A DNA stretch of 32,936 bases, from the NCBI GenBank assembly GCA_965644295.1, contig CBFFRP010000452.1, forward strand, positions 1 to 32,936, given 5' to 3'. The stretch's first letter is position 1, and each line of letters begins with the position of its first letter. Positions 10,489 to 25,937 of the stretch are shown here, one piece after another. The notes beneath the pieces were generated by a model, which did not search any database, was not told the DNA's origin, and saw only the letters and a list, made by a program, of their open reading frames with translations. The translations under genes were made by a program, and so were the position numbers. This stretch comes from Paraphysomonas bandaiensis. Its lineage: Eukaryota > Protista > Chrysophyceae.

Positions 10489-13400
10489 TTACGTCGTTTT
10501 ATCTCTTGAAATATTACAAAGGCATACATTCAAATCTTTAAGCAATCCATCAACTGCCACTTTGAACTCACTATTCCTATCAATGGGTAATATCGATAAT
10601 TCAATGTCATTCGCATGATTCGATATACGTTCTAACAGCGTTTGAATTTCAATTTTATTCTCAATTTCATGACCAGTAAAACATTTTACGTAGTAGTCAA
10701 TTGAATCTGAAAACTGCATCAAAATGTCAGCATCCCAGGCTCCTATCTCTAAGACTCCGACAATAACTCTTAAAGCCAAATGCGAATTCGCAGGGTTCGG
10801 TTTCTCCTCCAAGCAATGTGTAGCAGCCTTTTTCAATGTAGAATCCTCAATATGATCGCGCAGAACTAGCAAATCATGCACTGGTATAGAGCACAATCCG
10901 TTATGAAAACATTCGAAGATCAGCGGGAGTTTTAACTCTCCCGTCACGTCGCATATTCCGATACAGATATCTATGGGAGCAGCATGAAGCTTCGTGATAG
11001 CACTCCTTCCAAACGACCCCAGTTGTTTCATACATGACTCAACAGCTGACATATTTACGGCTACAGATATCGAACCATGACAAGCAATAACCGGTTCAGG
11101 AGATCCACTCATAGCACACTCACTACAATTTATTTCAGTTTTCCCATACTATCAGCACATTTCATACCTATTGAACCCTTTATCGGCGATAAGTGACACA
11201 AGTGCACACGTAGACAATGCACGCAAACGAGAAAGTAGACGTAAACCCCCAGACGGAATAGTGAAGCACGATGTTAACCGGAGATCACCTCCAGAGGTAG
11301 CTTTCATATCTTCTTCTATCTGTTTCAGAAATGTATTCAAAAACGTGTTATTTATAAATTTGTCTGTATAGTATGACGGAAATTTCAGGCCGTCTCCAGA
11401 AGATATTGTCTGGAGTTCCTGCACAGTTGATGCTAGCAACACCTCTCTACTCCATGTTTGTGAGCACTGTCGAATGTCTTCACTGGATAACTCATTCTTA
11501 GCCTTTTCCCCGCTATATCTTTGCGTCAACAGGCACTCATACAAACGGCATTCAGTCCCGGTACATTGTGACTCAGAAGGGATTATTTCAACAGCAAATA
11601 CGTCAGTTGTAAGACTGAATACACATATCAACACCAAATATAAAATAGTTAAGCAAAACCTGTCAAAGAGGTAGTTCCCTATTGCAAATACCACATTTTG
11701 CGTAGGGTTGTCAGGAGATAATATGTTATTTGACCGAATCAAATGCACCGAATTATCCAATTCAGCATCAAATAAAGCAAAGTCTAAAAACACGGACCGC
11801 TGCTTCCTTGTAAGGGGTTCTGATGGATGGTTTAGAACTGTATCACCATTGGCATGTGAGGTTCTGCATAGTGGAACCAGCATGTCTTGCACGTCGGGAT
11901 GCTGAGACCACTCAGAAAAACTTGAACTCGTGACATCCGCTGCAACATGAAGTACCACAATATCATGCTGTCAAAAAAGTCAACCGTTTTAGCTGCACAC
12001 TTCATGTAACTATTACCAACAGTGATGATTCTTTCTTACTTTTAGCAAGCATTTCCTCCAGGTAACGTACGAACAGCACCGTAAATCGACCATGACCTGC
12101 TCCAATCTCCAGAACGTACACAGGACTTGCTTTATTTACATTACCACTGCAACAAATAAACACCCATTTAGTACATTTATACGCCAACGAAGAAACCATA
12201 ATAGGCGGCAGCACACATACCTGCGAGCCAAATCTATCAGCGCGTAAAATATCAACTTGGCATACTCTCTTGCTACACGTTCGTATATAAGGCACCATCA
12301 GCAAACAACAATTTCTTTTCTGTACCGAAGTAAGGATTGGACGTGATGTAGAACGGAACCATATCTTGCTTTCTCCGCTCATTCCCGTTGCTCCACGCAC
12401 AAGTACCACGACTCTTATAAAAATCGCTCTGATGAAGAGAATAGTTAGGTTTGTACGGCAGTTGCTACAAGATAGTATGCCTGCAATGTCCACACAACTG
12501 AATTTGACAGCCTAACTTGATTCTCAATAATAGTCCCGTTGACATCCATTTTTACATCTATCTGATCGCATGATTTCTCTACTCAATATACATCAGCATA
12601 TCGCGTTAAATCGGAGCATGAATGTAATAAAAAAGCAAACAACACAGCCACCTGTATAGAATGAACTTTTTACATGAGCCACTGCTCCATTTTTCATGCC
12701 ACGACATGCCGTAATCTCATTCCAGTATTCTTCGTTGGATAATGCGTTATCTATGGATGAGTGACTTCGGATATAGTCCAGACCCTCGGGATTCCCGGTA
12801 TCAAGAGATAGCACTTGACTAAAGGCACTATAGGCCACTGACTGTAGCCCTGCACTTACTGCACATCTGAACACAGGATTATCAAGATCACTTCTATTTC
12901 GAGTAAAGTTATGTCAACAGTCGTATATGCATCTAATAGGATACACTCACACTACAGTGATACCTTGCTAAACAGGCATGCATTTCCGAATCGTTTGGGA
13001 GGAGTTCCACCGCTTCAGCGGCACACTTGACCGCAGTTGGAGGACCAGAGAGGCCTAGGGCAAGTCGACATATCTCCGAAAAGACTCGTCGGAACCAGAA
13101 AGGTGAAAATATATTGTCTGATGTAAATGTAGGGGTATCTGTTAGAAAGTGGTCAGTCATAAGAATTAACGACCATATGGAAGGTGTATCATTGTATATT
13201 ATATTCTCACAAATAGATACTTACATTGCAACGCCGCGCAAAGAGATACTGCGTTTTTGTGGGTACATAAGAGCGATACTTCTATATCACGAAGTAGGGC
13301 CTTGTGGCGAGCCTGGTACCTGTCTCCCTGTCCATTTTCTCCGTGGCTAAGTGCAGAAATCTATCAACATTGACTTCAGAGCGCTGTGGGCGACATCATG

Positions 13401-14145
13401 TATCATGAGCAAATCGGTTGCAATACCTTTTGTCTAAGAATATGGGCTATAGCAAGAAACACACTGGGTGAGTTATGAGATAACCTCCACACAGCTAGTG
13501 CATACTCCACACTGCTCACTGCAGATGGTGTGGTCCAAACATCCAGACAACTTGGATTAAGACGAGTTTCATCTGCATATATTAAGGACTAATATTATAA
13601 ATTTAATATATATACATATGCTTGGTACCTAACTCTGACCGACTATTAGCATCTGTCGCTGAGCTACTAAACACTATTTTTCCAAACTTGATTGGTGTTT
13701 GTTTCGGTATAATACCAGGGAATAGATGAGATGTGTCATGTGGTTGAATTACATTGACATATAAGTTATGTAATGTATCAGATGATACTGTATATGTTGT
13801 CATATCAATAGAGTGAATGTTACTATAGTTATGTACTGGTAGCTCTACGCTGATGTTGCTCTCTAAGTAGAGTATGTATGCATTGTTTGTACTAGAAGCT
13901 ACTGTAGATATGAAACTACAGAGTTGTTTGCTGTTATGATGATGTATAGCAGGTTTCGTATGGTGATATGTGGTGTTTATGTATGGTAATATCAATGTAT
14001 GTATGAGAGAGCTGCAGTGTATGGAATCACTGCATAGAGAGATGAGTGGACAGGTAGAGTCGGAGGATAACAAGATATCGATCATAGAAATACATTTCGT
14101 TAAGAGAGATATGAGGTGGAGGTCAGTAGGGATAGTGTCTGACAT
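10489..14145 (-). CDS. TPR-containing SAM-dependent methyltransferase, MidA/NDUFAF7 (Methyltransf_28)-related, about 12 exons
   Basis: Spliced motifs RLSNSVVWTLQSDFYKSRGTCAW…VPFYITSNPYFAREYAKLI…PVYVLEIGAGHGRF, AIGNYLFDSLTTD and IADKG…IACHGSISVAVN. TPR-like helices such as AVKCAAEAVELLPNDSEMHACLAR lie upstream. Confidence 0.8.
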
Positions 14146-14286
14146 TATAGTGATAGATGAGATGAGTGTATGAGGATATGAAGATCACAGATACATATAC
14201 ATATACATGTACATGAATGATATGATCCACACAACAAGAGAACATCAGTCACTTCCTCGTACACGAAGGATGAAGAGAAGTACGAA

Positions 14287-14783
14287 GTATGTATGTATGT
14301 ATGTATGTATGTATGTATGTATGTATGTATGTATGTATGTATGTATGTATGTATGTATGTATGTATGTATGTATGTATGTATGTATGTATGTATGTATGT
14401 ATGTATGTATGTATGTATGTATGTATGTATGTATGTATGTATGTATGTATGTATGTATGTATGTATGTATGTATGTATGTATGTATGTATGTATGTATGT
14501 ATGTATGTATGTATGTATGTATGTATGTATGTATGTATGTATGTATGTATGTATGTATGTATGTATGTATGTATGTATGTATGTATGTATGTATGTATGT
14601 ATGTATGTATGTATGTATGTATGTATGTATGTATGTATGTATGTATGTATGTATGTATGTATGTATGTATGTATGTATGTATGTATGTATGTATGTATGT
14701 ATGTATGTATGTATGTATGTATGTATGTATGTATGTATGTATGTATGTATGTATGTATGTATGTATGTATGTATGTATGTATG

Positions 14784-14814
<31 letters not shown>

Positions 14815-14863
14815 GTATGTATGTATGTATGTATGTATGTATGTATGTATGTATGTGTATGGG

Positions 14864-14899
<36 letters not shown>

Positions 14900-14943
14900 T
14901 GTATGTATGTATGTGTATGGGTATATATATGTATGGGTATGTG
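14287..14943 (+). repeat. (TATG)n array, i.e. CATA on the minus strand: about 142 near-perfect units to 14856 plus a degenerate tail
   Basis: Directly visible, with one substitution at 14814. The tail carries two copies of gtgtatgggtatatatat. Lies between divergent starts 14145 (-) and 15046 (+). Confidence 0.99.
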
Positions 14944-15045
14944 CAGGCCTCTATTATGATCGTATCACATATTCACATCTGTGCACATACACTGCACTAT
15001 CTGCATATATAACTACTTCATTCCCCTGACGGCATTGATCATCAT

Positions 15046-17335
15046 ATGGCGGAGGAGGCTATAGCACGGGCTCGAGCCATAGCAGCTAAACTAAACGGTC
15101 TTTCTATATATACATACATACAATCCATCTCATATATATATATCACCTGTCTGATACAGCCTCTGTGGGAGGAGGAGGAGGGGGTCTATCTTCTGACCTA
15201 GGGAAGCGTAAGAACCGATGGGATGAGCCGGGGGCGGCCTCTGGATATGGATGTAAGTATATCCCCAATATGGGATATTGTGATGTAACAGTGTTATGGT
15301 ACTTTAGTGGGACATATGCAGAGGAAAAAGGTTTATATTCCGACCAGAGAGCATCCGGATATTAACTTTTTAGGTATGTATATATGTCTTCTTGCTGTAG
15401 TATATGAATATATATGTACTCGTACAGGACTGTTGATTGGTCCACGTGGAAGGACTCAGAAGGAACTTGAGCAGCGTACTGGTGCTAAAATTATTATTCG
15501 TGGGCGAGGATCTCAAAAAGACGGTGTTGTAACGGGACATCCTGAGGATGACGATGACTTGCATGTTTGCATTGAGGGGCCAGGGGACAGTGTGAATGCC
15601 GCGCTGTCCGAGGTTGAAGAAATACTGTTTAACCCGGAGCAAGCACTGAAACTGAAGGAGGAGCAGTTGCGTAATCTTGCCGCTATGCAGACAAGTCTGC
15701 AGGAATACACACCGTCTGGGGCGCTGCAGCGACTGTCAGATGGTGAGGCCATGATAGAGCTTAAGGTACCAAACCACCTAGTGGGGTACATCATTGGCAA
15801 AGGAGGAGAAAACATACAGCGCATGCAGATGCAGACTGGGGTTCATGTGCAGATCGCGAAAGAGTCGGAGATGAAGCCGGGAGATACAACTAGAAATGTT
15901 GTTCTACGCGGTCCGGAGCGGGGTGTCGAAGAGTGTAAAAGGCGAGTTGATGACTTAGTTGCAGAGCGGCTTAATTACGGCAAAGGGGCCTCAAAACAGG
16001 ATCAAATTGACAACTATGCGTTTGTATTAAAGGTCGCTGTTCCAAACGACAAGGTTGGAATTATTATCGGGAAAGGTGGGACAACTGTGAAAGCTATTCA
16101 AGACCGCACCACTGTGTATGTACACATTCCCCCAGACCCCGATGAAGACAACCCAATGATTCGTACTCTGAGCATATGTGGGGATACACGGGAGGCTGTG
16201 GAGGCAGGTCAGATGGAGATCTCGTCCACCCTGCAGCAACAAGCCCAACAGGCTTCAGCACCCCTTAATGCCATGTACATGCTTGTTCCAGATGACAAAG
16301 TGGGCATCATAATTGGTCGATCGGGAGCAACAATTAAAGATATCCAGAACCGTCACAATGTACGTATTCAGATTCCTCAATCAGCTGACCCCGGGACCAT
16401 GCCTCCAGTACGAACCATCAGGTGCTTGATTACTTCATTTATCTCTTCGTGTGCCAATGCGATATACTGTACCTATGTATTCTCTGATGCCTATGTACAG
16501 CATACAAGGCACACAGCAGGACCAATATGGGGCAAAATTCGAGATTGAGGGCATGCTCGGCATGGACTCTTCTTACGACGTTTATGGAGGGATGGGATAC
16601 GGCGCTTATGGTGCCACAGATCCCTACGCAGGTGGAGCGTACTATGGTTACGGGCAACAGCAGCCACAGCAGCAGGCAGACGGTGCTACCGGTTCATACT
16701 ACGATGCTACCAGTGCGCACGCCCAGCAGCAGGGTGCCGACGGGAGCGCGGCTGCTGCTCAACCAGGTACACTACTGCTATACTTTGCATAATTGATGTC
16801 TATACACTAGACATGATGCATCATACACCTATGTATTTTGTGTATCGAATAATAACACGTTTGTGTAGACCTATCGGACCCCACCGCCTACTACAAAGAC
16901 TTCTGGAACTATGCCGCTTATTATGGAGAGGCCGCAGCACGTGCTTACTACACGACCTGGTCTCCTCCAGAGGGCACCCCTCCGCCCGAGGGAATTGTGC
17001 TACCCCCCTCTCAGCCTAGTGCAGAGAATGGCCAGGCGGCTGCACCTACGGGAGAGGTGAGATTAGGCAACCGTAATAATGCGCAAGTGGTAATAATAGT
17101 GGAATACTTCTTGCAGGCACAAGCCGGACAGCAGCAGTACGATGAGGCAGCAATGAAAGCCTACAACGAACAGGTTGCTGACGCTGCAACTATATGGTAG
17201 TAGTTGACTAGTGTTGTATTGTAGTATGCGGAATGGTACCGGCAGCAGGCAGCGCAATACTCAGCTGACAGTGCTCAACAAAATTCAGGAAGTGGTGAGG
17301 CTGCGGCGCCAGCTTCTAGCGATTCGAAGCAGTAG
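15046..17335 (+). CDS. KH-domain RNA-binding protein: SF1/BBP-type ULM + KH-QUA2 in a FUBP/KSRP/PSI-like architecture, about 8 exons
   Basis: N-terminus MAEEAIARARAIAAKL; KRKNRWD; KKVYIP…[33 protein letters not shown]…LKEEQLRNLA; three further KH domains (IIGKGG, IIGKGG, IIGRSG); Tyr-rich C-terminal motifs (DFWNYAAYYG, YAEWYRQQAAQY). Stop TAG at 17333-17335. Confidence 0.88.
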
Positions 17336-18366
17336 CGATGTATTATGTGAAAACATGAAATCATATTATTCACAATGATGTCTTGACAATACTGAAAGTT
17401 AAAAAAAACGATTGCTTCGATGCGTATGCTGTCGCACCAGCACAACAATCAGTGATACTGGCGATAGCATATGCTTCGGGTCATTTGACAAAAGAAAGTA
17501 ATAATTTCTAATGAAATCTCTTGATATGAGTTACGTGTTTAGTCAATCTAAAGCAAGAACTCATTGTGATGTACCTACGTAATAGAGTGCACGTATCAAT
17601 GTTAGAGTATTATGTCGCAATAATGTTAGTTGTAATAAAGGTTATGCACTCAAAGAAAAACGTAGTGAGCAAGCAGAATCTTGATATATCTGACAACTTC
17701 AAGAATTTTGCCTGATAAGAAAGTAGATGATGACAGACAACACAGTGCAGCATTTGATTGATGAAAACAGGCAGGGGAAGTGAGACGTCTTAATACGCAA
17801 ACTCGATGAAGCACTTGCATGCCACCTACCACCAACTATTATGATGGAAAATTATTAAATAGAGCTGTGATTGTTATGACTGATTGGCCAAGAGTATGAC
17901 TCCATGTCATTTCGGAACCATCGCCTCTGGAATGAAAAGACAGTTGAGCAAGTTATATTGGCAGCTAACGTATAGCTATTTACGTACGTAGTTTAGTATC
18001 ACTTAATTGCAGTGTAATTAATTGAGACAGCAAATAGTATTGTCAAATACTAATAGCAAATACAATTGACTACAGCCTGCATCAATTAATTGACAATTAT
18101 TGTTATGCAGCCCTGTTACCAGTACTCATTAAATGCACTGTAATGACATTGAGCATCGTCTGATTGCTGAATTAAGAACAACACCTCTCATATACGCTTT
18201 CGAGAGATGGCTACAAGAGTATAGTTTGTGCTTACGCAGAACACATATTATACAAGCATTACTATATCAACGATCACTAATGCGACGGTGATATACACGG
18301 AAATTTCATATACGAAAGAAAGGCACAAAATCGCCCACAATAATGGCGGGCTCACTTATATTGCCT

Positions 18367-20057
18367 CTATTTAACATTCGAAGTTTGTGAAAAGACTAGA
18401 AGCTCAGCCCCAATAGTAGTATTCGCTGATGAGCCAACAGTAGTTTCTTCCACGCTGTATACGCGCTCTCCCAGTATTATGTAAGACGTGGGGGCCGAAA
18501 CGACATCGGGATCAAACTCAATGCACCACTTATGCGACACAGTTGCACAGAAACCAGGCGGCATAAAATCGACGGCAAAGAATAAATCAGCATTGCTATT
18601 ATCGTGCATGTATCTTTCTGCAGAGCCTTGCAAATCATAATCCATTAGCCAGTGCGTTTCTTTATACCTTTTAGTGAGAACGTTCTGTACACTTACCCCT
18701 ACGCTGGAATAGGAGCAAGACACAGCATCTCGATGCAACACCCCAATAACCACAGCCACTGTGTTGGGGTTCAAGTTACACGCCGCATCAGTAGCACATA
18801 TGGGTATACCATATGTGCCATCACGAGTACCGGCAACAAAAGAGTCATTGTTTTTACCGTCCAGAACCACGTCCCAGTCGTCGTAAAAACCCTCTGCCGA
18901 TAAGTTCACATACTGTGTAGCTAGATATGTGTAATTATAGGGAGTAGAGGTCGATAGATCAGACGTGAAGAATTTGTTGACAGACTCCTTCAAAATTTCA
19001 AAGTCATGCCCCAACTTATCCACTTCATCAAAAACATTTTCTGAATAACGTGGAATAAGAGGGGGATCTGTAGGCGACGTGCTGCGTTCATCATCATAGG
19101 CCATGTAATACCTCACAGGCCATATTAATTTCTTATAAGCTTGATACGCTTTAGTGAACCCTTCATTAGGCAAGGACATGCGTGATATGTGAGCCAAAAT
19201 ATCTGGTTTCGTTTCTTGCCAACTCTGGCCATCACTGCGATCCCAGAGTCGTACTGTAGAGGTAGATATTTCTCTTGTACTGATCATAGAAGCATTGATT
19301 CCATCAATTGTGGTATATGCATCTCGAACGCGACGGGCTGCGTTGGAATCAGCAGCATGGAGGATAACCACAGGTTCATCATACACATCAGGTGCAGAGT
19401 CAGATATGTTAATATTTCGATAAGATATGGTATCCCCAAAATTTTGACCTGGATAAAACGGATATGTTTCTGTTAATCTGGTCGCAATGATATTATCATA
19501 CGAATAAAAACGCATGGAGGGGGGAGTGCAGGCAACATTAGCTATCACATCCATTGGCCCAAGAAGAAAAGAAATAGCATCGCCATTGGCATTGCAGCGA
19601 GGAGATCCATCGTTGGAAGGGATATCACTTATCCCATCCGGAAATATTTCATCACAATGAAATGCATACGTACCATCTGCACCCCATATAAGTCGAAGTC
19701 TATATATCTCTACACACATATTTCTATACATATATATCTATACACGAACATCTAACCATATATCTCTACACATACAGATATCACACACTCTCTCTATATA
19801 TATATGTACTACTCACATGATCCATCAGTATTGCTTCCTCCTCCAGCATCTTCTCCATCATCTTCATCAACAATAGTGATAAGGAACCCATCAATTGCTT
19901 TCTTGAATACAGAAGGTACAAGAATATCATCCGCCATATCAGTTATAGCAGAGGCCTTTAAGAAGAGAGATGAGTCATATGACTGACAGTCTATGGGAGA
20001 GAGAGAGGAGGAGAGGAGGGGGAGGAGGGATAAAGGAAGGAGAAGGAGGGGTGACAT
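18367..20057 (-). CDS. Secreted hypothetical protein, 2 exons
   Basis: Signal-peptide-like MSPLLLLPLSLLPLLSSSLS. A TA/CA-rich intron (about 19701-19811) joins …DGSCE to LRLIWGADG… of the 454-aa ORF. Several Cys and N-glycosylation sequons. Confidence 0.75.
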
Positions 20058-20138
20058 GTAGAGGAGAGGATTAAGAGTTATAAGTTTGCGTATATGTGAG
20101 AGATAGAGTATGACGATATGCCATAATACTTAACAGAC

Positions 20139-20472
20139 CATACATACATACATACATACATACATACATACATACATACATACATACATACATACATACA
20201 TACATACATACATACATACATACATACATACATACATACATACATACATACATACATACATACATACATACATACATACATACATACATACATACATACA
20301 TACATACATACATACATACATACATACATACATACATACATACATACATACATACATACATACATACATACATACATACATACATACATACATACATACA
20401 TACATACATACATACATACATACATACATACATACATACATACATACATACATACATACATACATACATACA

Positions 20473-20502
<30 letters not shown>
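20139..20502 (+). repeat. Perfect (CATA)n array, about 91 units
   Basis: Directly visible; lies between divergent starts 20057 (-) and 20607 (+). Confidence 0.99.
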
Positions 20503-20503
<1 letters not shown>

Positions 20504-20606
20504 TTATACACCTTGAATCTACTTCACTCTTCTTTTGTTCTGTTGAATGTCATCTCTCATTGTTCTCTGTTATCACAACCTTCAACAAGAACCACATTAA
20601 TCTATA

Positions 20607-23448
<2,842 letters not shown>

Positions 23449-24299
23449 ACCTCTGGCTGATATAATGTATGGGCATTCAAGGAATGTATGCGAAGAATGT
23501 ACAAAAGCAAGAAATGTTTGTGGCTCTGAGTAATAAGGTTGATTTTTGTGTATGCACTGTTTTTTCCATAAACTTGAATACGAACTGAAGTTTTGTATTA
23601 TTTCATAGTGTACTACCCCGTATTAAGTATTAGCCGATGTGTTTTAGTGTCGTTAGTGACACTACTTAGACCTATGTAAGGCATATTATATCATTCTGCT
23701 TCATTATCAATAATCTAAAGGCATTATGTTGACTGTACATGTATCCGCAATTCGTGTTAACAAAGTTCTTCACTAACGATGTATATTGTACTTTCCTAAT
23801 ACTTGTAGACCGTGCATATCAATCAAAACTGTCTGTTACGCAAATAGAGTAGCATACTAGCATAGTTTACGAGAAAAAAGTGTTCAACATTAAAGTATAA
23901 AGACCTATTTCTCACGCATAATTGTACAGATATGAGTACAAAAGTTAAGGTTCTGATGCTACTGTCACAAATAATATTTGGCAGATTTGTTGATAATTCA
24001 TAATATTTAAGTCGTTACCGCTGTGTAAGATACCGTATGAAATATAAACCATTAGTATAATGTATAATACTGTAGCTGCATACATCGTATTCCTGTAGTA
24101 AGGAATGCAGTAAATCTTGTACGAAGTCGTATTATTCAATCATCTATTTACGTCGTAGTTTATGTTTTGAAGCTACTAGTACACACCGGAATGAAGACAT
24201 GACTAGACTCTAGACACACAACAAGGATTCAAGCAAGGACAGTTGCATTCGTGAACAACGCTGTTTCCGAGAAAAAAAATACAAAATAGAAATTCTTCA

Positions 24300-25937
24300 T
24301 TACATGTTCTGTATTCCACTTGAACTTACGACAGGGCGTTCAGTAAACAACGTATACATCATCCTATCTTCAGGTACAGGATAATACTTGAGTCTATCAA
24401 CCTTACTCTTGCCACTATTCGTAAACAAACCCCATTTCCTCGGGTATGAAGGGGCATATGATTGGTTCGGATCTGCAGTAAAATCGAATCTTTCTAGGAT
24501 TGAAAATACAAATAATTTCAGTAACACCCGCACAAACACGGCTCCGGGACAAGCGTGGTGTCCCAATCCGAAAGTGTAGCTTCCTCCGCTAGCGTAGTTC
24601 TCTCCCCCAGGGAGATACCTAAGGGGATCAAATATAGAGGCCTTTGGAAAGTAGTCCTCTTCAAAGTTGAGACTTGACAGAGACAGGAAAACTGGAGTAC
24701 CTTTTGGGATGCAAGTGCCCTCGAAGTCGATATCAAACATTGCCACTCGGCGTTGATTAGGACACTCTAAGCAACCATATACTCGTAATACCTCCTCTAC
24801 AGTAGCGTCAATGTACGGGAGGTTTGTTGACTTCTCTAGAGTGCGTAAGTCGAGCTCTGTCGTGTAGTTTCGCACCTCTGTAATCAAGGCTTGCTTGATA
24901 CTAGGACACTGTTCAAGAGCGACCAGTAACCAGGAAGCGGCACTTGCTGTAGAAACAGCTACACTATGTAAAAACAGCCATATATCAGTTAAAGCTGTTT
25001 TCTCAATAATACCGTGCATGGTTTTACCCATACTACCATTGGCGGAAGCTCGTCGCTCTGCAGCCTTCAGCATACACCCAATGAGATCATCTCCCATATC
25101 TCGCCCTTGTGACTGCACCCGACTCCGAACTTCCTCAGTAATAATAGTATCCAATTCCACCTTTGCGCGAAGTCCCTTATCCCATGCAGTCATACCAAGA
25201 AAAGAGAATGGCATGGCTGCATGCATATTAAACCACGTCTCCATTAGTTCCATTAGTTTGCCTTTGTCCGGCAGTTGCCTCAAAAGCACGAATACCACTA
25301 TGTGTAAAAACACATCCCGACATATACTCGTACCACTGACAGGCTTACCACTACTCGTACTTGCAATATGACTCATTCGATCTAACATAATAGTTCTGAT
25401 TCTGATATCGTACAGACCTGGCTGGTTATGCACCATTGTGATGGCAGACAACATCGCCAGATGCTTAAAACTATGCTGATGATCACTCTCAGACATTAAC
25501 ATTGAACGACGTCTAGCTGCATTAAATGCATATAATAAATAATCAAACATGAATGCTTCTGTACATGCACTTAATCCACCATCTGTCCCAGTTGAAAATA
25601 ACTCAATGGCTCTGTTGCCTTTCACAAATACCACATTTTGACCAAAAAACATGGAACGAAATATTCGACCATGTTTAAAAAACCGTTTCTTAGTAAACTC
25701 CACTGGATTGTTAAAGTATTCTAATACTTCACCGATCCATATATATCCATATTCTCCAGGTATTTTGCAACAATCTCCGGATTTTCTAACTCGTTCAAAT
25801 AAAAACCATATGGATGTACTAATTGCAAAACTAATGACTAATGTTAGTATAAAATGGAAATCTATGTTCATAGTAGAGAATAGTTCCTGGTAAAGGTGAC
25901 ACAGGAGTTCAATTAATGCAATTGAATTGGATGTCAT
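24300..25937 (-). CDS. Cytochrome P450, intronless, resembling the CYP26/CYP120/CYP85 group; start at 25937 or 25871
   Basis: N-terminal TM anchor, PGEYGYIWIGE, ExxR (EEVLR), FDPLRY, haem motif FGLGHHACPG. Confidence 0.9.
   Translation of the reverse strand: MTSNSIALIELLCHLYQELFSTMNIDFHFILTLVISFAISTSIWFLFERVRKSGDCCKIPGEYGYIWIGEVLEYFNNPVEFTKKRFFKHGRIFRSMFFGQNVVFVKGNRAIELFSTGTDGGLSACTEAFMFDYLLYAFNAARRRSMLMSESDHQHSFKHLAMLSAITMVHNQPGLYDIRIRTIMLDRMSHIASTSSGKPVSGTSICRDVFLHIVVFVLLRQLPDKGKLMELMETWFNMHAAMPFSFLGMTAWDKGLRAKVELDTIITEEVRSRVQSQGRDMGDDLIGCMLKAAERRASANGSMGKTMHGIIEKTALTDIWLFLHSVAVSTASAASWLLVALEQCPSIKQALITEVRNYTTELDLRTLEKSTNLPYIDATVEEVLRVYGCLECPNQRRVAMFDIDFEGTCIPKGTPVFLSLSSLNFEEDYFPKASIFDPLRYLPGGENYASGGSYTFGLGHHACPGAVFVRVLLKLFVFSILERFDFTADPNQSYAPSYPRKWGLFTNSGKSKVDRLKYYPVPEDRMMYTLFTERPVVSSSGIQNM

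Noticed and set aside
17860-18115. Possible hAT-type MITE (tagagctg … cagccctg with aattaattg motifs)
   Set aside because: The ends match only weakly and there is no 8-bp TSD; at most a decayed fragment.
24388-25893. Antisense ORFs over the P450 (likewise over the CEBPZ, KH and methyltransferase exons)
   Set aside because: Shadow ORFs of real coding exons with no motifs of their own.
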